A stretch of DNA of 60,038 nucleotides from Candidatus Ghiorseimicrobium undicola (GTDB taxonomy: Bacteria; Omnitrophota; Gorgyraeia; Ghiorseimicrobiales; Ghiorseimicrobiaceae): contig PCWA01000092.1 in the NCBI GenBank assembly GCA_002796125.1, positions 1-60,038 of the forward strand, given 5' to 3'. Made by a program: the position numbers and the translations under genes. The notes under the pieces were generated by a model. The model was not told where the DNA came from. It did no database searches and worked only from the letters and a program-made list of their open reading frames with translations. Shown piece by piece: positions 49,199 through 57,669 of this stretch; the stretch's first letter is position 1, and every line of letters begins with the position of its first letter.

Positions 49199-49727
49199 GC
49201 TTTTAAAAGAATTAAATTTAGCCGCGTCTGAACTTACCGATAGCGTGCCTTCTGAATTGAAACTAGGAGAGTGGTTCGCGAACCTCTTTTTCATAGAGCG
49301 TAAAAAATGCCTTATTTTCACCAATACTCGGACGCTGTTTACGTTTATATCATTCGCGGTCAACCGAACGCAGATAAAGAACATCGGAGAGCTTTTCCGC
49401 GCGGGATTGGGCAAGGCTTTATTAGATGAGGATTTTGACGGTGCCGTGATTCAGCGGTTAGTTGACGAGTGTCACGATATGCAATTTTCCAAAACAAATA
49501 ATAAGAGCGTTCTCGGTGCCATGAATGACCATGTAAAGACTGCAAAGTGGATGGTCTGGCGGGATGGCGGATTGGGAAAATGTAATTTCCCCCATCTTAT
49601 AAAAAAACTTAACCGCACGCCATTTTCAACGCGGAGATTTGCCTACGCGATTGAGGAGCTGGGTAAGGTTTTAGGTATCGAGATAGACCCGAGACTAAAC
49701 TTTAAACCAAAATTCGTGTATGGTTAG
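49176..49727 (+). CDS. DUF6933-like protein (related to pRiA4b ORF3 N-terminal domain)
   Basis: MLIRCTVKLL...LGEWFANLF..ERKKC, and KTNNKSVLGAMND...LNRTP. Confidence 0.65.
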   Translation: MLIRCTVKLLKELNLAASELTDSVPSELKLGEWFANLFFIERKKCLIFTNTRTLFTFISFAVNRTQIKNIGELFRAGLGKALLDEDFDGAVIQRLVDECHDMQFSKTNNKSVLGAMNDHVKTAKWMVWRDGGLGKCNFPHLIKKLNRTPFSTRRFAYAIEELGKVLGIEIDPRLNFKPKFVYG

Positions 49728-49768
49728 GCATTTCGCGGATAAAAGATTTAATTCATTTTAATTTCGCC

Positions 49769-49797
49769 TTGACAACTACTGATTAATAAAGAATAAT
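49769..49797 (+). promoter_or_regulatory. Probable promoter of the HTH-REC/KS-ACP-TE-HK operon
   Basis: TTGACA-17-AATAAT. Confidence 0.55.
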
Positions 49798-49821
49798 AAG
49801 ATATCTTGGGAGGTATCTTTG

Positions 49822-49998
49822 GTGAAGTCGGAAGTTTTAACCTTTGATGAGACAAAGAAATATTTAAAAATAAGCGACTCTACGCTTTACCGGCTTGTGC
49901 AGTCTAAAAGAATACCCGCGGCAAAAGTCGGCCGCTCCTGGCGTTTTCGGAAAGAACGCATTGACCAATGGCTCAAAGAGCAGGAGAAAGTTAAATAG
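49822..49998 (+). CDS. Excisionase-family HTH_17 protein (58 aa; not in the ORF track)
   Basis: GTG after GGGAGG: KSEVLTFDETKKYLKISDSTLYRLVQSKRIPAAKVGRSWRFRKERIDQWLKEQEKVK*. Confidence 0.85.
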   Translation: MKSEVLTFDETKKYLKISDSTLYRLVQSKRIPAAKVGRSWRFRKERIDQWLKEQEKVK

Positions 49999-50008
49999 GG
50001 ATATCGGC

Positions 50009-51613
50009 ATGCCAAAGAATATATTAGTTATTGATGATGATCCCCAAGTATTAAATAGCCTTGAGAAGTTATTTAAAAAGGAAAATTATACAGTCGTTAA
50101 GGCTTCAAGTGGTAAGGAAGCTTTTGAAAAAGTTGAGTTTCAATGTTTTGATTTGGTTATTGCGGATATTAGGATGCCGGGTATTGATGGCGTTGAAACG
50201 GCAAAGAAAATAAAGCAGATACAGAAAGAAAAAGGCAGGGGAGATATCCCCGTTTTGTTTATAACCGGCTATGCGGATTTAGCCGCCAATGCCGAAGCAG
50301 AGCAGTTAGGCGAAGTGGTTTTAAAACCTTTTGATGTTGAAAATTTACTAAATCGAGTAAAGGCGCAAAGTGGTAAAAGAAGGGTTGTTATAACAGGTTT
50401 AGGCGTAGTTGCTCCTAATGGTATCGGCAAAGATGAGTTTTGGGAAGCTAATATAAATGGTAAATCAGGGGTAGATAGGATTCTATCTTTTGATGTATCG
50501 CAGTTAAATTCTAAGATTGCCGCTCAAGTAAAAGATTTTGATCCGCTAAAATACATGCCTAAATTATTGGCAAAGAAAGCAGATCGTTTTACTCAATTCG
50601 GCATTGCCGCTTCTAAGCTAGCATTGGAAGATAGCGGCTTAGATTTGGAAAAAGAAGATAGGGGGCACATTGGCGTATCTATCGGAACCGGATTAGGGGG
50701 GATGTTATATCATGAAGAAGTTGTTTTGCAAATGCATAAAGATAAGTTTAGTAAAGTAGATCCGTTAAGCGTTCCTAAGATTACTTCGAACGCCGCATCG
50801 AGTAATGCAGCGATTCTTTTTTCCTTGAGTGGGCCTAATGCTACTATGTCTACCGCATGCGCGGCTGGAGCCCATGGTATAGGCTATGCTTATGATTTAA
50901 TCAAATTAAATAGAGCAGATATAATGTTTGCCGGTGGAGCCGAGGCCCCGATAACACCTTTTACTTTATGTACTTTTGATGCTCTCAGGGTATTATCTAC
51001 GCGCAATGACTCTCCCCATGAAGCCAGCCGTCCCTTTGATAAGGAGAGAGATGGTTTTGTAATGGGAGAGGGGGCAGGCGTAGTGATATTGGAAGAATTA
51101 GAGCATGCCAAAAAGAGAAATGCGCATATATATGCAGAAATTATTGGGTATAGTTTAACTTCAGGTGCGCATCATATGGTTATACCTGCTAGCGAAGGTA
51201 AAGATATCTCCCGAACCATATCCTTAGCCTTAAAAGACGCAAATATTGAGCCGCAAAAAATAGATTATATTAACGCACACGGAACATCCACGCAAGCTAA
51301 TGATAGGGCGGAAACGCGTGCAATAAAAGAAGTGTTTGGGAATTATGCCTATAAAGTTCCTATTTCTTCAACAAAGTCTATGATTGGTCATAGTCTTGGA
51401 GCGTCTGGAGCGATTGGTGTGATTGTCTGTCTTTTGACGATAGAAAACAATATTATCCCACCCACGATAAATTATAAATACAAAGATCCGGAATGTGATC
51501 TTGATTATGTGCCTAATGAGGCAAGAAAAGCAAAAGTGGATTTTGCCCTGACTAATGCTTTTGGCTTTGGTAATAATAATATTTCAATTGTCATAAAAAG
51601 ATTAGGAGAGTAA
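50009..51613 (+). CDS. Receiver (REC) domain fused to a FabF-type beta-ketoacyl-ACP synthase
   Basis: REC: LVIDDD, IADIRMP, ITG, KPF; KS: RRVVITGLG, TACAAG (Cys), AHGTST, KSMIGHSLGA, NAFGFG; true start ATG 50009. Confidence 0.9.
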   Translation: MPKNILVIDDDPQVLNSLEKLFKKENYTVVKASSGKEAFEKVEFQCFDLVIADIRMPGIDGVETAKKIKQIQKEKGRGDIPVLFITGYADLAANAEAEQLGEVVLKPFDVENLLNRVKAQSGKRRVVITGLGVVAPNGIGKDEFWEANINGKSGVDRILSFDVSQLNSKIAAQVKDFDPLKYMPKLLAKKADRFTQFGIAASKLALEDSGLDLEKEDRGHIGVSIGTGLGGMLYHEEVVLQMHKDKFSKVDPLSVPKITSNAASSNAAILFSLSGPNATMSTACAAGAHGIGYAYDLIKLNRADIMFAGGAEAPITPFTLCTFDALRVLSTRNDSPHEASRPFDKERDGFVMGEGAGVVILEELEHAKKRNAHIYAEIIGYSLTSGAHHMVIPASEGKDISRTISLALKDANIEPQKIDYINAHGTSTQANDRAETRAIKEVFGNYAYKVPISSTKSMIGHSLGASGAIGVIVCLLTIENNIIPPTINYKYKDPECDLDYVPNEARKAKVDFALTNAFGFGNNNISIVIKRLGE

Positions 51614-51616
51614 TTT

Positions 51617-51874
51617 ATGAATAAGAAAAATAGAACCGTTGTCGAAGGTAAAATAAGCGAGATTATTTCAGAGAGGTTGGATATCAAGAAAGAAGATATA
51701 AAGCCGGAGTCTAAGCTAAGGGAGGATTTAGGAATTGATTCTTTTGGTTTGGTAGAGTTATCGTTTGAGGTAAAGGATAAGTTTGGGCTAGAGCTAAAGG
51801 ATCAGGATTTTAAATCAATAACAACGGTTAACGATGTGGTGGATTATATTTTTAATAATATGAAAGGGGATTAA
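51617..51874 (+). CDS. Acyl carrier protein
   Basis: LREDLGIDSFGLVEL (phosphopantetheine Ser) and ITTVNDVVDYI. Confidence 0.92.
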   Translation: MNKKNRTVVEGKISEIISERLDIKKEDIKPESKLREDLGIDSFGLVELSFEVKDKFGLELKDQDFKSITTVNDVVDYIFNNMKGD

Positions 51875-51876
51875 TT

Positions 51877-52293
51877 ATGCCGGAGAACGAATTTATTTTC
51901 GAAAAGACAATTTACCTGGGGAATACCAATATGTTTGGTAATGTTTATTTTGCTAGGTATTTTGATTGGCAGGGTGAAGCGAGAGAAGCCTTTTTTTATA
52001 AAACCGTACCAGAAAGTTTAGCCCTTTTTAAAAGCGGCATAAAATTTGTAACCATAGAAGCGTATATTAAATATAACAAAGAAACAGTCGTATTTGATGA
52101 TGTCATGATTAAAGTGCAGGCGGCAAATTTTAAAATCACTACATTCGAGTTAATATTTACGTATCTAAATAAAAAAACTGGTGAGCTTATTGCCACAGGT
52201 AAGCAAAAATTAGGATTTGTTGATTCTAATAATAAGGTTATCCCCGTACCCGAGCAACTTAAAATTGCTTGGGATAAGTTTATAGGAAAATGA
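51877..52293 (+). CDS. Hot-dog-fold thioesterase (4HBT/YbgC superfamily, enediyne-TE-like motif)
   Basis: NTNMFGNVYFARYFDWQGEARE and LIATGKQ. Confidence 0.85.
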   Translation: MPENEFIFEKTIYLGNTNMFGNVYFARYFDWQGEAREAFFYKTVPESLALFKSGIKFVTIEAYIKYNKETVVFDDVMIKVQAANFKITTFELIFTYLNKKTGELIATGKQKLGFVDSNNKVIPVPEQLKIAWDKFIGK

Positions 52294-54416
52294 GTATTTA
52301 TTCTGTCTCGCCGTTAATTTGTTCTCTGCTGGCTCTCTCTTTCGGATTCTTCGTTTACTTCCATAATAGAAAATCGCAGGTAAATATTAGTTTTGGATTA
52401 TTATGCCTAAGTACTTTTTGGTGGCAATTTAGTTGGTTTATTTTATTTAATATTCAGGATAGGTCTTTGGTTTCATGCCTAACCAAAATCGGTTACACGG
52501 GTATTATATGGATACCTTTTACTTTCTATCATTTTGTTATTTATTGGTTAGGCCTGCATAAGGAAAAAATATTACTTTATCTATCGTATATCTTAGGTTT
52601 TGTTTTTCTTGTCATACTTTGGAGCTCGGATCTATTTCTAAAAGGATTCTATGAATATCGCTGGGGTTATTATCCAAAGGCGGGTCTTCTCCACCCGCTA
52701 TATTTGGCTATTTTATCCATAGTCGCGGCAAGAGTTTTTTGGGTTCTAGGATTGTCATTAAAAACAAGAAATTTATCTGCTGTTCAAAGGAATCAATTTA
52801 AATATACCATTACAAGTTTTGCCATTTATACATTAGCGTCCATCGATTTTATTATAAATTATGGTATTGAGTTTTATCCATTTGGATTTAGCTTTGTAAT
52901 ACTTTCTCTTTTCTTAGTTGCTTATGCTATCTTTAAATATCGCTTAATGGACATTAATGTTGTTTTTGCCCGTGCGAGCATATTTATAATAGTGTACGCG
53001 CTGGTTCTTGGTATCCCTTTTAGCTTAGTTAGCTGGGGAAGACTTTGGCTTGTGAATGTTTTCGGTCAGTATTGGTTTCTCGGGCCGATGATTATTCTTC
53101 TTGGTTCGGCCACCGCTGGTCCTTTCATATATCAATATCTAAGAAAAAGAGCCGAAGACCTTATTCTTAAAGACCAACGTCGCTACCAGGGTATCTTGCA
53201 TAATCTCTCTAAGTCTATGATACGCATAAAAGACTTGGACGCGCTCATCGCAACTGTTACTTTGACAATGGTAGATATAGTTAAGGTGGACTTTGCCGCG
53301 ATATACCTGAAGGAAGATGAATACAAAAGTTACCAGCTTAAGCGATATTACCCTAAAGAAGCAAAAGGGAGATTCCAAGAATTTATTCCTTTTGAGCACT
53401 CTCTTGCTAAAATACTCTTTCTTAAAAAAAGTCCTATTTCGGGAGGAGATATTGGCCCTCAAGATAAGGTTGATTTAGACTCCGGTATTATCGTGCCTTA
53501 TCTCGTAGAAGAGAGTTTGTTGGGCTTTTTAGTTTTAGGAGCAAAGTCCAAGGGGCAAATGTATACTACTGATGATATCTTAATCCTGGAGACTATTTCT
53601 TACTCAACAAGCCTTGCCATTGAAAACTGCCGTTTCTGGAAAGAAATTGAAACCAAACAGCGCAAGGCCCGCCTGCAGGAAATGGATGCCTATTCTTACT
53701 CGCTTGCTCATGAGATAGATAACCCTGTGCAGGTGGTTATAGGTCAAACCGACCTTTTAAAGAAATACCTCCTGAAAGATATCCCCGAAGAAAGAAGAAA
53801 AGACACGTTAGAGGCCTATGAATATATCTTAGAGGCGGCCAAGCGTGTCTCCGGCATGGTTAAGGCTATTCGCGACTTTGGCTCCCCTGCTACCGGAGAA
53901 TTAAAGCCATTAAAACTTAACGACGTGGTGGAGAGTTTCTCAAAGCTTTATCTGCCGCAGTTTAAGACTAACACTGTCTATTTCGAAAAGCATCTTCCCG
54001 ATGGGGATATTTGTATAAAAGGCGAAAAGGCCGAACTGATGCAGGTTCTAGTAATCTTAGCCAATAATTCCATTCACGCCCTCTTGGATACCAAAGAAAA
54101 GAAAATCACCCTAAAAGCAGAGCCGCTTAATCAGGATAAGGTAAGAATAATATTCTCTGATAACGGCTACGGCATAAAGAAAGAAGACCTTGAGATTATC
54201 TTTAAGCCCTTTGTCACCACTAAGGCATCTACCGAAGGCACCGGCATGGGCCTTGCCAACGCGATAAAGATAATAGAGAAGCATAAAGGCAGGATTTGGG
54301 CGGAGAGTGAAGGTAAGGGTAAAGGCGCTAGTTTCTATATAGAGTTGCCTGTTGCGCAAGACACCAAAGAGGAAGACTTAGCTTGCGAGACAAACAAAAC
54401 AAAGAGATTATTTTAG
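52290..54416 (+). CDS. Sensor histidine kinase: N-terminal 7TM-type domain, GAF, HisKA, HATPase
   Basis: About 9 TM helices with YAIFKYRLMDI; GAF with LGAK..G..YT..D; AHEIDNP H-box; N-box, DNGYGI, FVTTK and GTGMGL. Confidence 0.92.
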   Translation: MSIYSVSPLICSLLALSFGFFVYFHNRKSQVNISFGLLCLSTFWWQFSWFILFNIQDRSLVSCLTKIGYTGIIWIPFTFYHFVIYWLGLHKEKILLYLSYILGFVFLVILWSSDLFLKGFYEYRWGYYPKAGLLHPLYLAILSIVAARVFWVLGLSLKTRNLSAVQRNQFKYTITSFAIYTLASIDFIINYGIEFYPFGFSFVILSLFLVAYAIFKYRLMDINVVFARASIFIIVYALVLGIPFSLVSWGRLWLVNVFGQYWFLGPMIILLGSATAGPFIYQYLRKRAEDLILKDQRRYQGILHNLSKSMIRIKDLDALIATVTLTMVDIVKVDFAAIYLKEDEYKSYQLKRYYPKEAKGRFQEFIPFEHSLAKILFLKKSPISGGDIGPQDKVDLDSGIIVPYLVEESLLGFLVLGAKSKGQMYTTDDILILETISYSTSLAIENCRFWKEIETKQRKARLQEMDAYSYSLAHEIDNPVQVVIGQTDLLKKYLLKDIPEERRKDTLEAYEYILEAAKRVSGMVKAIRDFGSPATGELKPLKLNDVVESFSKLYLPQFKTNTVYFEKHLPDGDICIKGEKAELMQVLVILANNSIHALLDTKEKKITLKAEPLNQDKVRIIFSDNGYGIKKEDLEIIFKPFVTTKASTEGTGMGLANAIKIIEKHKGRIWAESEGKGKGASFYIELPVAQDTKEEDLACETNKTKRLF

Positions 54417-54431
54417 CCGGAGGTAGATAAA

Positions 54432-54821
54432 ATGCCAGAGACTAAACCCATAAAACTTTTAGTTGTTGATGATGAAGAAGGGATAGTGCATTTTACTAAG
54501 AAAATCTATGAGCATAAAGGTTTTATTGCCTTTGGCGCGACTGACGGGGTTACCGCGGTAGAGATCTTTAAAAAAGAGAGGCCGCAAATTTCGCTTATAG
54601 ACGTGCATATGCCTTATTCGCCCATTGACGGCATTGAAACCCTGCGCCAGATAAAAGAGATAGACAAAAACGCCGTTTGTATAATGGTAACTCGCATTAC
54701 CGAACAAGATAAAGTGGACGCGGCGCGTTCTGCCGGCGCCTTTGCTTATCTTCTAAAGCCGCTAACCGCCGAAGATATAGACAATGTAATTAGTGAAGCA
54801 AGAGAGAAGCTGGGGTTCTAA
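54432..54821 (+). CDS. Single-domain response regulator
   Basis: LVVDDE, LIDVHMP, MVT and LKP. Confidence 0.92.
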   Translation: MPETKPIKLLVVDDEEGIVHFTKKIYEHKGFIAFGATDGVTAVEIFKKERPQISLIDVHMPYSPIDGIETLRQIKEIDKNAVCIMVTRITEQDKVDAARSAGAFAYLLKPLTAEDIDNVISEAREKLGF

Positions 54822-55319
54822 ATGGCTAATCCTCTACAAAACGAAAAAGAACTGTTCGAACAAATAAAAACCGAAAATATCACCATGCCCCCGGTCATAT
54901 GGAATTTTATCTATACTTACATCGGAGACGACGTTACCGCGATAAACCTCATCTGTCAGTATTACTTAGATAAAAGCGAGCCAATGCCGGTGGCAGAGGC
55001 AAAAAGAATAGAGACTTACTCAAGCAATGCCGGAGATGTCATCAAGAGGCTTACCGTAAAAGGCGAAGAAAACCGCCACTTTCCGGACTTTGAGAAAAAC
55101 ATGCCGCTTCATCCGCTAATAATAGAGATGCTCACTCATTATATAGGCAACGATACGCAAGTAATTAACCTAATCGTAGGCGTTCATATCGAGACCGGGG
55201 ACGATTATCCGCTCTCCAAGCAGGAAATTGCCAATGTGTTAAGCCATACCAGTTCTTTAAAGGAATTTATGGAGAAGCTAAGAGAGGCAACTTATAAGGG
55301 CGAAAGGATCAAGCAATGA
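54822..55319 (+). CDS. Two-repeat helical protein, possibly a DHp-like phosphotransfer protein
   Basis: Repeats MPPVIWNFIYTYIGDDVTAINLI and LHPLIIEMLTHYIGNDTQVINLI. Confidence 0.55.
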   Translation: MANPLQNEKELFEQIKTENITMPPVIWNFIYTYIGDDVTAINLICQYYLDKSEPMPVAEAKRIETYSSNAGDVIKRLTVKGEENRHFPDFEKNMPLHPLIIEMLTHYIGNDTQVINLIVGVHIETGDDYPLSKQEIANVLSHTSSLKEFMEKLREATYKGERIKQ

Positions 55320-56062
55320 TAAAGATTTTAGCCGTAGATGATGAGCCGGGAATATGCAATGTCTTAAAGAGGACTTTTGAACCTACAGGTTTTACTGTTT
55401 TAACCGCCGTCAACGGCAAAGACGCCCTTTCTCTGGTAAATAAGGAAAAACCCAAGATTGTATTCTTAGACGTTAAAATGCTGGGGATGTCTGGATTTGA
55501 GGTATTAAAGGAAATCAAGCTCATAGACAAGAATATCAAAGTAATTATGATTACGGTAATGGATGATGAGGCGACGAAAGAAGAGGCAAGGCGTTTAGGC
55601 GCGGACGACTTTGTTATAAAGCCGTTTGTATCCAGCCAATTGGAAGAAATAGTTACGCGCGAGATAGGCGAATTGACTAAGCCGAAGATATTAATTGTAG
55701 ATGATGAGCCGAATATAGTCGAGACCTTTGCCGATTATCTTTCGCGGAACGTTAACTGTGACGTAGAGTTGGCTTATAGCGGTAAAGACGCTTTGGAAAA
55801 GCTCAAAAGCGGCGCTTTTGACGTAGCGCTTTTGGATATTATGATGCCCGGGTTATCTGGTATAGATGTAATAAAGGAGGCGCAGAAATTCAGCCCGCAG
55901 ACTAAAATTCTGGCAATCTCCGGCTATGACAGCTTAGACATAGCAGATAAAGCGCTTAAGGCAGGAGCCGCGGATTTCCTGCATAAGCCCGTACCTCCCA
56001 AGGCGCTTACGTATAAGATAAAGCAGATTCTTGGCGAGATGGGAAAATATTCGCCGAAATAG
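55316..56062 (+). CDS. Tandem double-receiver response regulator (REC-REC)
   Basis: AVDDE..LDVKM..KPF and IVDDE..LDIMMP..KPV; no output domain. Confidence 0.92.
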   Translation: MIKILAVDDEPGICNVLKRTFEPTGFTVLTAVNGKDALSLVNKEKPKIVFLDVKMLGMSGFEVLKEIKLIDKNIKVIMITVMDDEATKEEARRLGADDFVIKPFVSSQLEEIVTREIGELTKPKILIVDDEPNIVETFADYLSRNVNCDVELAYSGKDALEKLKSGAFDVALLDIMMPGLSGIDVIKEAQKFSPQTKILAISGYDSLDIADKALKAGAADFLHKPVPPKALTYKIKQILGEMGKYSPK

Positions 56063-56065
56063 TAA

Positions 56066-56644
56066 TTAAATATGTTTCGGGTTTTGGATAATTATGCAGG
56101 CGGTTTTTTGGCTGGTGTTATTTTCGAAATGATGCGGCAGAGTGCTTTCAAACGCAAGGGTTTCGTCTTTGGCGATTTCATGCTTTTCCTCTCCAACTAC
56201 GCAGGTAACCTTTCCCTTTAAGACATAAACCCACTTTTTAAAACTTCCTAATTCTGGTGGATCCTGTTCAAGCTTAGTTTTTCCGCCCGGTGTAAGCATG
56301 AGCCTTAAACCTAAAAATGGCTGTTTATCGCTGGTTAATATCTGCGCTTGAGCCTTTTCTGAATGGACATATTGGGCAATTTTATCGCGCTTTCTGATTA
56401 CTTCAACTAAAGAAAACTTTTCTTCTTCCGTGCCTTCCTTAACTTCCTTTAAGGAAACACCCAGCCCAATACATATTTGCGAGAGGGAGGCAATGCGCGG
56501 ATCTCTTAATCCCTTTTCAATACGGTAAAGAGTATTGTAGCGTATAGCCTTCTTGCCGAATATACCTATTAATCTTTGCTCTAATTCGGTAAGAGATAAG
56601 CCCTTTTCTTTACGGATTTGTCGTATCTTTTCACCAAGCGTCAT
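56066..56644 (-). CDS. XRE-family HTH + cupin transcriptional regulator
   Basis: LGEKIRQIRKEKGLSL...LYRIEKGLRDP; cupin YVLKGK...FESTLPHHFEN. Confidence 0.9.
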   Translation of the reverse strand: MTLGEKIRQIRKEKGLSLTELEQRLIGIFGKKAIRYNTLYRIEKGLRDPRIASLSQICIGLGVSLKEVKEGTEEEKFSLVEVIRKRDKIAQYVHSEKAQAQILTSDKQPFLGLRLMLTPGGKTKLEQDPPELGSFKKWVYVLKGKVTCVVGEEKHEIAKDETLAFESTLPHHFENNTSQKTACIIIQNPKHI

Positions 56645-56660
56645 TTCTCACCTCATTAAA

Positions 56661-56689
56661 ATTCTATCCTAAAATACTGTTCTTGTCAA
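56661..56689 (-). promoter_or_regulatory. Promoter of the XRE-cupin gene
   Basis: Minus-strand TTGACA (56684-89)-17-TAGAAT (56661-66). Confidence 0.7.
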
Positions 56690-56830
56690 GAAATATTTCT
56701 ACCGATAGTATGGATAAAACAAAAATTTGGTTGTAATATTAAGCATAGCGAATAGTTAAATATCATAACTATTTTATTCCCATAGTGTTATGCTATAAGA
56801 TATTATTCTACCAATATTTTTGATATACCC

Positions 56831-56859
56831 TTGACATCGGTAGAAATGTATGCTATAAT
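56831..56859 (+). promoter_or_regulatory. Consensus sigma70 promoter overlapped by an operator-like motif
   Basis: TTGACA-17-TATAAT with TG extension; contains ATCGGTAGAAAT, the inverse of ATTTCTACCGAT at 56695-56706. Confidence 0.8.
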
Positions 56860-56889
56860 TATGCCATAAGGTTAAGAAAGGATATTGAA

Positions 56890-57264
56890 ATGGTAGAACA
56901 GAAAATAAAGATAATCGTGGTAGATGATGAGGCATCAGTAAGAGACGTAATCGGCTCTTATTTTACAGTGAAGGGTTTCGAAGTATTCACCGCGGAATCC
57001 GGAGAAAAAGCCCTGCCAATTATCATAGAGAAAAAGCCGGAGATAATGCTTCTGGATTTAAACCTGATCGGAATGACCGGTTTAGAACTGCTTAAATTAG
57101 TGCGTGAGTTTAATAAAACCATTAAAACCATAATGATTACTGGATCTGATATAAGTTTTAAAGATGATCCGCGGGTCCAGCAATTAAATATCACCGACTT
57201 TATCCAAAAGCCGGTAACTGTTTCAAAGCTTAAAGAGGCGGTAAAGAAAGCGCTTGAGCCGTAA
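56890..57264 (+). CDS. Single-domain response regulator
   Basis: VVDDE, LLDLNL, ITG and QKP. Confidence 0.9.
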   Translation: MVEQKIKIIVVDDEASVRDVIGSYFTVKGFEVFTAESGEKALPIIIEKKPEIMLLDLNLIGMTGLELLKLVREFNKTIKTIMITGSDISFKDDPRVQQLNITDFIQKPVTVSKLKEAVKKALEP

Positions 57265-57313
57265 AGCATAACACCCACCAGCCATGGATAATTCCAGCTG
57301 GAATTTGAGGGTA

Positions 57314-57341
57314 GGCAGGCTGCCTTAACGGGCGGCCTGCC
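57314..57341. terminator. GC-rich hairpin after the REC gene
   Basis: GGCAGGCTGCC-TTAACG-GGCGGCCTGCC. Confidence 0.5.
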
Positions 57342-57596
57342 AATTAAAAAGGATAAGTGATGGAATATATCGGTAACTGCCTAATCGTTTTGGTAAAATT
57401 TTTGCACCAAGATAAGATTTTAGATTTTTCCAGTGATGATGCTATCGGAGATAATATACCCCATGTCTTTCTAAGTTAATATAGGGCCGTCTTCTTCGCA
57501 GCCGTTACAAATAATTATTTAAAAGAAAGTAGTTTTTGCTATAATATAGGTTAACAACTTAATCAAGCCGCTTTAGCGGCTGTTAGTGGTTCCTAG

Positions 57597-57649
57597 AACC
57601 CACATTGGAACTCCTTTTTAGGAGTGCTCTGGTGTGGGTTTTTTGTTTT
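57597..57649 (+). terminator. Long hairpin with T tail ahead of ORF 57670
   Basis: AACCCACATT...ACTCCT-TTTT-AGGAGT...GGTGTGGGTT followed by TTTT. Confidence 0.55.
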
Positions 57650-57669
57650 CTATCCCTTGGGAGAATTAG

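Noticed and set aside
49895-50008. N-terminal extension of the REC-KS ORF given in the ORF track
   Set aside because: It overlaps the Xis-like HTH gene in another frame; the REC domain begins at ATG 50009.
50009-52293. Housekeeping fatty-acid synthesis locus or complete type II PKS/aryl-polyene cluster
   Set aside because: It lies in the island and lacks fabD/G/H/Z, chain-length factor, cyclases and tailoring genes.
3754-57278. Numerous minus-strand ORFs antisense to well-supported genes (e.g. 3754, 5675, 19457, 33314, 36669, 56958)
   Set aside because: Shadow ORFs overlapping confident plus-strand genes, with no motifs of their own.
57357-57479. About 40-aa ORF as a signalling peptide
   Set aside because: Weak RBS, no signal-peptide or processing motif, and no other support.
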